Of a DNA stretch of 64,000 nucleotides, positions 48,441 through 56,630 are shown in pieces. The translations under genes were made by a program, and so were the position numbers. The stretch's first letter is position 1. Every line of letters starts with the position of its first letter. The stretch covers positions 93,012 to 157,011 of the IMG/VR virus record IMGVR_UViG_3300028569_002586. One strand, given 5' to 3'. Source of the stretch: a virus. The notes beneath the pieces were generated by a model, which did not search any database, was not told where the DNA came from, and saw only the letters and a list, made by a program, of their open reading frames with translations.

Positions 48441-49016
48441 TTAATTAAGCACAGCGACCTTTACAATTTTTGGATGTGAATCGGCAAAATCAATGGCATC
48501 ACTTTTGTTGACAAAGAACACATCAATCACTGGTAGTTTGCCACCAGAAGCAACTTTGTCTTTAACAGCTGAACCTGTATCAACTGCTTTCACAAGACCT
48601 ACGTTGGGTATAATAACCTCTTTGTTGTAGGGAATAATGCGTGGGTCGACTGCAATAGAGTCACCTTGCTTGAGTGTGTAGCCTGTGGAGCTCCTCATTC
48701 TGCGGCTATCAGCATCTGTACCACTGCCTCGAGCCCAATATACAGTTAATCTAACAGTAAGCACTCTGTAATTATTGTTATCTGTCTTGGGAATAAAGGT
48801 ACCATTGTAATTGATACCATCTTTCTTTACTTCTATATTTTTTGCTAGCTCTCTCTCTTTACCAGATGAGAGAGATTTTAGCTCTCTCTTTACATCATTA
48901 ACTGTTAGCTTCTTCTCTATACGCTGAAAAGCAGACATGCTTATGGGATTAGCTGTTAGAATTAAGCCTACTAGTATTAATAGAAGCTTATTAGTTTTTG
49001 TGTTTTTTGTTTTCAT
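48441..49016 (-). CDS. secreted 3D-domain (MltA-like) peptidoglycan enzyme
   Basis: Signal peptide; IAVDPRIIP, AVDTGSAVK, IDVFF. Confidence 0.85.
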   Translation of the reverse strand: MKTKNTKTNKLLLILVGLILTANPISMSAFQRIEKKLTVNDVKRELKSLSSGKERELAKNIEVKKDGINYNGTFIPKTDNNNYRVLTVRLTVYWARGSGTDADSRRMRSSTGYTLKQGDSIAVDPRIIPYNKEVIIPNVGLVKAVDTGSAVKDKVASGGKLPVIDVFFVNKSDAIDFADSHPKIVKVAVLN

Positions 49017-49021
49017 AGATT

Positions 49022-49042
49022 AAAAAAGAGTCGCTTAGCGAC
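49022..49042 (-). terminator. short hairpin plus U-tract directly before the 3D gene
   Basis: GTCGC-TAA-GCGAC-TCTTTTTT on the minus strand. Confidence 0.5.
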
Positions 49043-49118
49043 AGGCCAAATAAGGTACTAATGTATGTTTTAATATTTAATCAGTATACTGGAAATTGCT
49101 ATTGCATCAAGAAGAAAA

Positions 49119-49616
49119 TTATGCTAAATTCTCTATATACTTGCGCAAGTTATTATTTCTATTGGTCCAACCCTTGAGAAACACACCTAACTTGGGTCTT
49201 GATTCAGATAAATTTTTATAAAAAGTTTGACGTTGATCAATGATTTTTTTTGCAAGCTGTTTTGCATTTGCCTGATCTGCAGCCTTTAAAGTGACAGGCC
49301 CGACAACACCATCTGCAGCAACACTCAAAGCTCGTTGTAAGAATTTATTTGCTTGTTTGCGCCCTGCATTAACAACAGAGTCAAAATATGAGATATATGC
49401 AGGTTCAGACAATTTATCTGCAACACTAGGAAGCCAGTAATCGTTATAAAAGATTTCATCTGCTTTTTCACGTGAAAGATTTTTAATATCTAGATCTGGA
49501 TAATCCCTTTTCGTAATACCATACATGGTTTCCCCACCTGGGTCGTTGGGGTGATTGTAGTATCCACCTTCTGCTTCTCTGACAAACTTCATGGCTTTTT
49601 GGAAGCGCTCGTTCAT
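49119..49616 (-). CDS. endolysin, glycoside hydrolase family 108
   Basis: EGGY..HPNDPGGETMYGIT, FDSVVNAG, DGVVGP.T, GWTNR; TAAATA-5-ATG at 49616. Confidence 0.92.
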   Translation of the reverse strand: MNERFQKAMKFVREAEGGYYNHPNDPGGETMYGITKRDYPDLDIKNLSREKADEIFYNDYWLPSVADKLSEPAYISYFDSVVNAGRKQANKFLQRALSVAADGVVGPVTLKAADQANAKQLAKKIIDQRQTFYKNLSESRPKLGVFLKGWTNRNNNLRKYIENLA

Positions 49617-49620
49617 GTGA

Positions 49621-50079
49621 TTATTTATCCCAGGGAAACTCAACCCATACATCATGCTCATATTCTTTTGAGCTATAACTGGGTTTGTGTGTAGTTTTAT
49701 TCTTTGTAACAAGGCTTATTGTTGTTAGGGATATCCCTGGGTCTAGACGATGGAAATACTTCAAAAGATAATCAAAGGTATCTCCTGTATCAGAAATATC
49801 ATCTACAATAAGGACATGCCTCTTTAAATCAGATGCTTTGACAGACTGGTATACAATAAAATCTTGTTGTGTCTTTTCATCTGAATAACTTCTTATTCCA
49901 ATACTGAAAACGTTCTTAATATCAAGTTTGTATGCAAGTGAAGCAGCTAAAATTAACCCACCTCTCGATAAACCTACAATATCATATTTTTTAATATCTT
50001 TAATATCATTCTTTACTCTGTCAACAATAAAATCTAAATGAGAGTTATATTCGCTCCAAGAAATAGTGCTCTTTGCCAT
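49621..50079 (-). CDS. purine phosphoribosyltransferase (Gpt-like)
   Basis: IVGLSRGGL, VLIVDDISDTGDT, WVEFPWD. Confidence 0.88.
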   Translation of the reverse strand: MAKSTISWSEYNSHLDFIVDRVKNDIKDIKKYDIVGLSRGGLILAASLAYKLDIKNVFSIGIRSYSDEKTQQDFIVYQSVKASDLKRHVLIVDDISDTGDTFDYLLKYFHRLDPGISLTTISLVTKNKTTHKPSYSSKEYEHDVWVEFPWDK

Positions 50080-50084
50080 TCCTT

Positions 50085-50112
50085 ATTATGATGAAAGTGG
50101 CAGCAATATCAA
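50085..50112 (-). promoter_or_regulatory. sigma70-like promoter, leaderless PRTase
   Basis: TTGATA-16-CATAAT-5-ATG. Confidence 0.55.
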
Positions 50113-50113
50113 C

Positions 50114-50596
50114 TTAAGAGTTGAAATTATATCTTTTTAACATTCCAGGCATCTTACCTGCTCTTCTCAGCTTTTCTATATCTCGCTCAACTTCAACAAG
50201 GGCCTTGATTCCATGCATTAAAAATCCATATTTTTCTTTGATTCTCTTCCATACAAACACAGGTTCATTGTTATTAATTCTTTTGGCAAGATCTTCAATC
50301 TTTTTAGATACATTGTCTTTTAGTTGACCTAGGGTAACAACACCAAAGCCAGCAACATTAACTTGAGATTTGTCTAGATCTGTTTTGTCAATCTTCTCTA
50401 TCCAGCCTGCCCTCTCTGGTTTAACAGAAACAGGTTCTTCAACAACAGAGTTCTCCTCCTGTTCATTGCGATAAGTTACAGGAGCCTGTGCACCGTCTGG
50501 TATGTTTTGTGTCTGGATTTCAGTATGATTGGCACTCATCCTGGGCTTCACCTTCTGCAGGTAAGCCTGCTCAAGTAACAAAATATCACTGTTCAC
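50114..50596 (-). CDS. putative internal head protein
   Basis: TAAATA-5-GTG; MNSDILLLEQAY. Confidence 0.6.
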   Translation of the reverse strand: MNSDILLLEQAYLQKVKPRMSANHTEIQTQNIPDGAQAPVTYRNEQEENSVVEEPVSVKPERAGWIEKIDKTDLDKSQVNVAGFGVVTLGQLKDNVSKKIEDLAKRINNNEPVFVWKRIKEKYGFLMHGIKALVEVERDIEKLRRAGKMPGMLKRYNFNS

Positions 50597-50608
50597 TTAA
50601 GTATTTAT

Positions 50609-50839
50609 GTGAAAGAGAAGAGGTTTTCCTCTCGAAAAGAAGCTGCAGAATATGTAGCTATTAATTACAAGCGTTACAAGGTGTGTGAAGGGTGTGATTC
50701 AGTGCTCGCCAAGACATTAGCCATGTGTCCAATATGTTATACGTATAGATTTGATGACTCAAAAGAAGCAGTTATTAATACTTCTGTGAGGCTGGGTAAC
50801 AACGATAGATCCACATTACTTGATAGTGATCTTTTCTAG
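50609..50839 (+). CDS. small zinc-ribbon protein
   Basis: CEGC...CPIC. Confidence 0.6.
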   Translation: MKEKRFSSRKEAAEYVAINYKRYKVCEGCDSVLAKTLAMCPICYTYRFDDSKEAVINTSVRLGNNDRSTLLDSDLF

Positions 50840-50977
50840 ATCAACACGTTCATTTAAAATATTTGAGAAAAAGATGACCTTTTTCATTAGATCTTCTTTC
50901 TTAATACTCTTGGATTTTTTTGCCTGCTCGTACATATCAAGTATGAAATCAGCAGTAATTTTCTTACGCTCTCCCAT
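50816..50977 (-). CDS. small late protein, not in ORF track
   Basis: 53 aa MGERKKITADFILDMYEQAKK...; TAAATA-5-ATG. Confidence 0.5.
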   Translation of the reverse strand: MGERKKITADFILDMYEQAKKSKSIKKEDLMKKVIFFSNILNERVDLEKITIK

Positions 50978-51029
50978 GATAGTATTTATTAATAGTTGAT
51001 TTAATAAAGATCTTTAGTATATAAATTAT

Positions 51030-51221
51030 ATGGAAAACACCTTCATCGAACAAATTGTAAATGCAGCAAACACCCTAACAGAGGATTTTGAAAAGTTTTT
51101 TGTCAAGGGTCAAAATGCAGCCTCCTCCAGACTCCGTAAAGGCCTAAAGGCAATCGCAGATGTATGCAAAGCAGAGCGCAAGAGGATCTCAGAAGTACGC
51201 AACAGCCGAAAAGCAAAATAA
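51030..51221 (+). CDS. histone H1-like (Hc1-family) protein
   Basis: KF..KGQNAASSRLRKGL..IA..CK.ERK. Confidence 0.75.
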   Translation: MENTFIEQIVNAANTLTEDFEKFFVKGQNAASSRLRKGLKAIADVCKAERKRISEVRNSRKAK

Positions 51222-51247
51222 GTCTAAACTATCTCCTAAATACTTTC

Positions 51248-51505
51248 ATGAAAGATTGTGTTTGGGGCAGAGGCATTCTCTATTTTCTTATCGCAGCTCT
51301 AGCTACCTTCATACCAGCCATAAGTCAGTACAAGGCTCTTGGTGATATAAGTGATATCGCAAAAATTATAATTGTCTCTAATGTGTTTCTGCAAGGCTTC
51401 ATTGCAGTGAGAGCATTTGTAGATCAATCAATAAGCAGAGCTACTGATAGAAAAAATACCGTAAGCAAGCGTGAATTGATAATCGAAGATAAAAAAATTA
51501 TTTAA
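51248..51505 (+). CDS. two-TM holin-like protein
   Basis: TAAATA-5-ATG 51248; two hydrophobic helices and a charged tail. Confidence 0.55.
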   Translation: MKDCVWGRGILYFLIAALATFIPAISQYKALGDISDIAKIIIVSNVFLQGFIAVRAFVDQSISRATDRKNTVSKRELIIEDKKII

Positions 51506-51917
51506 CTATGTCTTTGGCTCTGTCCCAGATGGAATCTGGTTCCTTACCATCTTTGCGCCAGCTGTTGAGAACAGCATAATAAACTAAATGCTGCTGGTCT
51601 ATGATGAACAGCTTATTGTTGCGCTTATCAGTATACTCAGTTACACCTGCATTCTCATTTAAATCAACGCCCTTAAAGCTCTTGAACCGTATCTTGTACG
51701 CTTTGATGAGGGTGTTGTAGCGGAGCAGACCAAACTGGGTAATGAGACCTCTGCCGTCATCAGTAAAGCCAATAAAGCCAGAGTTCTGTACATCATATCC
51801 ATTGGGTGTTGTTGCATCATAAGAAGCTATTTCATCTTCCACTTTGTCGGGTGTAACAGTTGTACACGCACATAATAGGAGGCTACTCAGAGAGAATATC
51901 GCGAATTTTCTTAACAT
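51498..51917 (-). CDS. lipoprotein (o-spanin-like)
   Basis: Lipobox LCAC; overlaps the 3' end of the upstream membrane gene. Confidence 0.55.
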   Translation of the reverse strand: MLRKFAIFSLSSLLLCACTTVTPDKVEDEIASYDATTPNGYDVQNSGFIGFTDDGRGLITQFGLLRYNTLIKAYKIRFKSFKGVDLNENAGVTEYTDKRNNKLFIIDQQHLVYYAVLNSWRKDGKEPDSIWDRAKDIVK

Positions 51918-52083
51918 CTTTGTCCTTTATGGCTTTTTCCACATCATTATTGAAGTCGACTTCTTTCTGTTGTTCTTGAGCCTTTTTCATCTCTGGTGTA
52001 TTCTTTGCCCCGAACACATTGTTAATAGCTCCAAAGATTCCGGAAATGGCGCTCAATAGTGCTTGTAAGATTCCAGCAGGCAT
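51883..52083 (-). CDS. membrane-anchored coiled-coil protein (i-spanin-like)
   Basis: Start ATG 52083, MPAGILQALLSAISGIFG; overlaps the lipoprotein gene. Confidence 0.5.
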   Translation of the reverse strand: MPAGILQALLSAISGIFGAINNVFGAKNTPEMKKAQEQQKEVDFNNDVEKAIKDKDVKKIRDILSE

Positions 52084-52529
52084 TAGTTTACGTAGCTCTC
52101 TGTAGCATCCTTGCATCCTTTGGCAATGGCATTGAGAACATCCACAGCAAGTTTTGCATTGCCACCCACCTTGTTGAATTGAGTAGCATACAGATCTTTA
52201 ATGGCCACAACATACTTGGACCAATGCGTCTTTTCAACTGGAAGATAATCAGTGAGTGCTTTTTGCAGTTGATCAGGAGTGGGAGTGGACCCGCGGGTTA
52301 GCCCTTCAACAATGGTGGCGACGTTGTTAATCATCTTGGCCTTTTCAGCTCTGTCAGTGGCTGAAACTGCTTGATCCAGCACAACAGTGCAAGTCAAGGT
52401 AACAGCAGGAGCAATGTAGGGCAAAGCATTCTCAACTGTCTGTGCTGGATCAACTTTGTTGTCAGGACCTGTGGTGACACAGCCAGCAACCAAGAGAGGA
52501 ATCAAAATAAATGGTAAGAAATTTTTCAT
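52083..52529 (-). CDS. lipoprotein
   Basis: MKNFLPFILIPLLVAGC lipobox; TAAATA-5-ATG. Confidence 0.75.
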   Translation of the reverse strand: MKNFLPFILIPLLVAGCVTTGPDNKVDPAQTVENALPYIAPAVTLTCTVVLDQAVSATDRAEKAKMINNVATIVEGLTRGSTPTPDQLQKALTDYLPVEKTHWSKYVVAIKDLYATQFNKVGGNAKLAVDVLNAIAKGCKDATESYVN

Positions 52530-52541
52530 AAAAGTATTTAA

Positions 52542-53357
52542 TCATGCATAGATTTTTGCAACAACATCTGCATGTGATTTGCCACAGAGGTATGCCGCTT
52601 TCATCAGTGACCCATTTGTGCCCAAATAGCAGTTTGGGTTAATATCAAAGATGTAAATCCTGTCGTCTTTAATTCTGTAATCTATTCTAAAATAACTGGT
52701 TATATTGAAATGGTTTTTAATTTTACTAACAATGCATTTCATATCATCATGTTCTGCAAGTTTACAGTTTTCTGCTGTTTCTTTCTTCCATTTGAAATGA
52801 AAGTCACAAATCTTATTTTTTTCCACTTCTTTCTCTATGGATGCTTCAAATAAACCTGGCACCTCACAATAACTAAATTCATCTCCTTCTATAAATTCTT
52901 CCAAATAATTCTCTTCATTTATTGTTGCTGGTATATCATGCAAGATGTTTTCTGGTGTCATCTTGTAGCTGCCATGTGAAAATTTATTCTTAAGAATAAC
53001 AGGTACAGTAAAATGGCTATTAAAAAAAGAACTATTTGGTGTGGTGATTTTTTTGTGTATGCTTCTTAACCATATCTCTTTGTTTACAAAATTTCTTAAC
53101 ACACTACTTGAAGCACCAGTAAAAAATATTTTTCTCTTTTCAAGCTCTTGTGCACTCTCAAAAAGACCTGTGCCAGTATTCTCATCATTGTCACATAAAT
53201 TAAAAACTTTTGTAAAATTGTCTTTAAGACATTTTATGTCATTTACTGGCAATGCAGGGATGTTGAGAATTTTACTTATCTGTTGTGCTACAGTACAATT
53301 TGAGAGTGTTTCTTCTTTAGACAGATCTTTGTTGCTGCTATAAATTACACACTCCAC
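52542..53357 (-). CDS. D-Ala-D-Ala-ligase-like ATP-grasp enzyme
   Basis: VFNLC, FFTGA, PVILK..SHGS, LEEFIEGDEFS, RIDYR, DINPN; start GTG 53357. Confidence 0.75.
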   Translation of the reverse strand: MECVIYSSNKDLSKEETLSNCTVAQQISKILNIPALPVNDIKCLKDNFTKVFNLCDNDENTGTGLFESAQELEKRKIFFTGASSSVLRNFVNKEIWLRSIHKKITTPNSSFFNSHFTVPVILKNKFSHGSYKMTPENILHDIPATINEENYLEEFIEGDEFSYCEVPGLFEASIEKEVEKNKICDFHFKWKKETAENCKLAEHDDMKCIVSKIKNHFNITSYFRIDYRIKDDRIYIFDINPNCYLGTNGSLMKAAYLCGKSHADVVAKIYA

Positions 53358-53365
53358 ATAATAAT

Positions 53366-53665
53366 TTATGATTGAAGCTTGTAATAGATCTTGTAAAGAT
53401 ACACAGCAAATAAATGTGTTATGAGACCACACACTGCAGTGGAAATAATATTATACTGGTCAAAACAATTAAAAAATGGATTAAAGAAGAAAGAAGTAAG
53501 CACTCCCATCCAAAAACTACTGCACTCAGGGCAGAGCAAGGGTTTTCTGATGTAAGGAATTCTGGCAATAAAATTCCTCACAGGAATAAAAATAGTACTG
53601 TAACTGTACATCTGTGCTACAGCCAGAGAGACAATCAAATAAACTGCAACATCAGCTAATGTCAT
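53366..53665 (-). CDS. membrane protein with CxxC (DUF1360-like)
   Basis: LLCPECSSFW between TM helices. Confidence 0.65.
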   Translation of the reverse strand: MTLADVAVYLIVSLAVAQMYSYSTIFIPVRNFIARIPYIRKPLLCPECSSFWMGVLTSFFFNPFFNCFDQYNIISTAVCGLITHLFAVYLYKIYYKLQS

Positions 53666-54084
53666 AAAAAGTATATCTTAATATTGTCACCAGCAGGCAC
53701 AACACTGAACCCACGAAACACATATCTCTCACTAATTGCTTTTGTGTAGAACTCAGCAAATGCTTGCTCTGTGTTGGGCAGAGTCACTATGGTACCACCA
53801 ATTGTTGCAGTTGCATGTCTTTGAATGATGGCTTGTGGGTTGAAACTGGGTTGCGGGTTCTGCAGCAACCAATCTGTAATAAAAGCATGACTGGAGTTGC
53901 GGTTGGAATTGACATGTGCTTCAATTCTGCCCCTGCATGAGCAATTGGGATTAATTTTGAATGATTCTACATCTGCAAAAATAGCAGGCATTGTGGCTTG
54001 AATATCAGTCTTGAATTTTGCATTGGTTTGAATTAATTCTAAAAATAGCTTGGAAAAAAAGGGAGAGTCTCTATCAATATTCAT
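53662..54084 (-). CDS. hypothetical protein (NPNCSC motif)
   Basis: TAAATA-5-ATG; first gene of a 3-gene operon. Confidence 0.6.
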   Translation of the reverse strand: MNIDRDSPFFSKLFLELIQTNAKFKTDIQATMPAIFADVESFKINPNCSCRGRIEAHVNSNRNSSHAFITDWLLQNPQPSFNPQAIIQRHATATIGGTIVTLPNTEQAFAEFYTKAISERYVFRGFSVVPAGDNIKIYFL

Positions 54085-54113
54085 AATATTATTTAATTTG
54101 GAATGTATTTAAT

Positions 54114-54314
54114 CTACCAGTGGTGAATGGCATTGGCAATGATGAAGCCACATGTTATGAAATTGACCAGCACAATTAATGTACGTATGATCAAGCTGAT
54201 GTTTGCATCTCTCACCTTGAGATTTGGCACATCTGGTCTCTCTTCATCAGTGAGACCTACTCTATGATCCACAGCTCGAGCCCAAATAAGCCACAATTTC
54301 TTTCTCAATCCCAT
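54114..54314 (-). CDS. small membrane protein
   Basis: W.IWARA...IIRTLIVLVNFITCGFIIANAIHHW, a type common in T4-like phages. Confidence 0.65.
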   Translation of the reverse strand: MGLRKKLWLIWARAVDHRVGLTDEERPDVPNLKVRDANISLIIRTLIVLVNFITCGFIIANAIHHW

Positions 54315-54349
54315 GTGCATATTGTACACACAAACCTATAAATATCCAT

Positions 54350-54844
54350 ATGGCACAACAATTTGAAAACATTATCAAGAGAATAGAAGAAGGCTTTTTT
54401 GACCGCATCAAAGCGCAAGGAGCTGGGACAGTGGGTGCCATGCAGGGATTGAAGCAAAGGGCACAAGGTGTAGTGCAGGGAGCCATTGCAGGTGCCAAGA
54501 GAGATGTGGCAGGTGTCAAAGCAGCAAAGAAACTGAGTGCTCAGGGTGCAGCTGCAGGTGAAGTTGCCAAGATACAGAGTTACAAAGAGATTGCTAATAA
54601 AAAATTGCAACAAGCATTAAATGACATTGTTGTAGACTTGGGCAAACTAGGTGTCAATACAACAAATTTTAGAGAGTTGGGGTATTACAATGTAATTGAT
54701 ACATTAGACAAAACTCTGGATAACATTGCTCAATCTATTCAAAATCCTGCTCCTGCTGCTAAGCCAGTCAAGTACAGGCCAAAGACAGCTGCAGCTCCTG
54801 GTGTAATTTCTGATGATGAAGCTCGTGCATGGGCAACAGCATAA
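54350..54844 (+). CDS. putative internal head protein
   Basis: TATAAATA-5-ATG; MAQQFENIIKRIEEGFFDRIKA. Confidence 0.65.
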   Translation: MAQQFENIIKRIEEGFFDRIKAQGAGTVGAMQGLKQRAQGVVQGAIAGAKRDVAGVKAAKKLSAQGAAAGEVAKIQSYKEIANKKLQQALNDIVVDLGKLGVNTTNFRELGYYNVIDTLDKTLDNIAQSIQNPAPAAKPVKYRPKTAAAPGVISDDEARAWATA

Positions 54845-54883
54845 TATTAGTAGCATAAGGAAAACCACCAGTTAAGTACTGGT

Positions 54884-55081
54884 ATGAACATAATCCTTGA
54901 GACCACATTTAAGAAGAATAAAAAAACAATTGATACACTCAGCGTAGAACTTAATGTGGATGAATTAACAAAGCTAGTAGAGTCCAGAGGCATTGCTCAG
55001 GGTAATCAAGCCATTGATAACTTTGTTGCAAAGTATACTAATGATATCAAGAAGAGAATTGCTGCAGCTCTAAAATCTTAA
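54884..55081 (+). CDS. small late protein
   Basis: TAAGTA-5-ATG. Confidence 0.55.
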   Translation: MNIILETTFKKNKKTIDTLSVELNVDELTKLVESRGIAQGNQAIDNFVAKYTNDIKKRIAAALKS

Positions 55082-55187
55082 TAAAAACAATACTCTTGTG
55101 ATGTAGGTATAGTTCCTATCGATACTACATAATTATGCAATTAAAGGGGGTGGAGAGATATAAATATACTTTAAAGGAGTATGAATC

Positions 55188-56630
55188 TTGCCTAATGTAC
55201 CGGATTTTCGTGATTTAGAGAGAGGAAAAAGATCTGCATTAGATAGATTTTCCTTCAAGAATGTAATTGGTGGTATATCTGTGCAAAATGCGGTACCTAG
55301 GTTCATACCTCCACCTGCACCACAAGACAACCCCGTCTTTAGCTATGTCACTGATAATAATGAAGTTATTGTTATCACAAACCCAGAGACACCTAACTAC
55401 ATCATTGTATCTACAAATGTGGCAACATTTAGTGCGGCTTTTGACTCACAAGTACTTGGATTTACGAATAATTTTGATATCAGTGATTTTTCTAACTGTA
55501 GCTTAATTTTTAATTATGGTATTGGTTTATCTGCTAATGTACAAGAAATTTTTGTAACTGAAAATGCTGCCATATCAAGCAATCTAGGAAACCTATACAC
55601 AGTTTATTACACAAATACAGGCTCTGTTATTGTTGGGTTTGCTGCCAGCAATGTGTATGTACCACCTATCACAAGTTATCCGCCCGTACCATCTCCAACT
55701 ACAACACCTACTCCCACACCCACAATCTCTGTGACACCAACCATTAGTGTCACACCCACCATTTCTGTTACTCCAACACCCACACCTACACCAACACGAA
55801 CACCCTCTCAGACACCTACCAATACTTTACCTCCCGGCGTGACGCCTTCTCCTACACCGCCCTCTTCAACTCCTACACCGACACCTACTGATAGTAGAAC
55901 GTTTATTACATATGGTGTTGCGGTTTCTGCTACTAAGTTAGATATAATCGCCGATGCACAATGTAATTTTGGTTTCTTTATGGGCGGTTATTTTGGTATA
56001 CAAGCTGAAAATTATTATCTCTTCAGTTCAACATTTAGTGATTATATTGAAACCCCGATATATGAATACGGAAACGGTACTTGGAGAATACGTAATAGTG
56101 ACGGTGATGTATATTTCACTAATAGTTATCCTTTAGCGGATAAGTTCCCTGCAAATAACTGGCAACGGGGTTCCTTCTTTGATACATATTGTACTACATA
56201 TTCAGCTGTTCCTGTATTTGTTGCTGCTGTTTTCCCCACACCCACGCCCACACCAACAAATACACCCACACCTTCAAGAGCACCTGCTCTTGTGTACAGT
56301 AGCAGTTACATACCTTTTGAAATAACAAATACAGGAATATCTTACAATATTAGTCAAATTGGCACAGGCAACCCACCCCTGACATGCTTCAGAGGTACCA
56401 ATTATGATTTTATAGTTCTAACCCCATCTCATCCTTTTGCTTTAAGAATATCAGCAGGGAACACATCTTCACCGGTTTCTGGGGCTTATAATAATAATCC
56501 TGCTGCAGGCATCACATCAGGCAGAGTAATGTTCACTCCTAATAGTGCAACACCTGACACAATTTACTATCAATGCACAATTCATAGTTCAATGATTGGC
56601 ACAATAAGTATAAAAAATTACAGTTTATGA
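55188..56630 (+). CDS. MPNVPDFR-leader protein 1: Pro/Thr-stalk multi-domain surface protein
   Basis: TTG start 8 nt after AAGGAG; two PT tracts; C-terminal FRG..YDF...HPFAL...[16 protein letters not shown] cupredoxin-like virion module. Confidence 0.75.
   Translation: MPNVPDFRDLERGKRSALDRFSFKNVIGGISVQNAVPRFIPPPAPQDNPVFSYVTDNNEVIVITNPETPNYIIVSTNVATFSAAFDSQVLGFTNNFDISDFSNCSLIFNYGIGLSANVQEIFVTENAAISSNLGNLYTVYYTNTGSVIVGFAASNVYVPPITSYPPVPSPTTTPTPTPTISVTPTISVTPTISVTPTPTPTPTRTPSQTPTNTLPPGVTPSPTPPSSTPTPTPTDSRTFITYGVAVSATKLDIIADAQCNFGFFMGGYFGIQAENYYLFSSTFSDYIETPIYEYGNGTWRIRNSDGDVYFTNSYPLADKFPANNWQRGSFFDTYCTTYSAVPVFVAAVFPTPTPTPTNTPTPSRAPALVYSSSYIPFEITNTGISYNISQIGTGNPPLTCFRGTNYDFIVLTPSHPFALRISAGNTSSPVSGAYNNNPAAGITSGRVMFTPNSATPDTIYYQCTIHSSMIGTISIKNYSL
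55684..55890 (+). repeat. Pro/Thr mucin-like coding repeat
   Basis: (TP)n and (TPTISV)x3. Confidence 0.85.
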
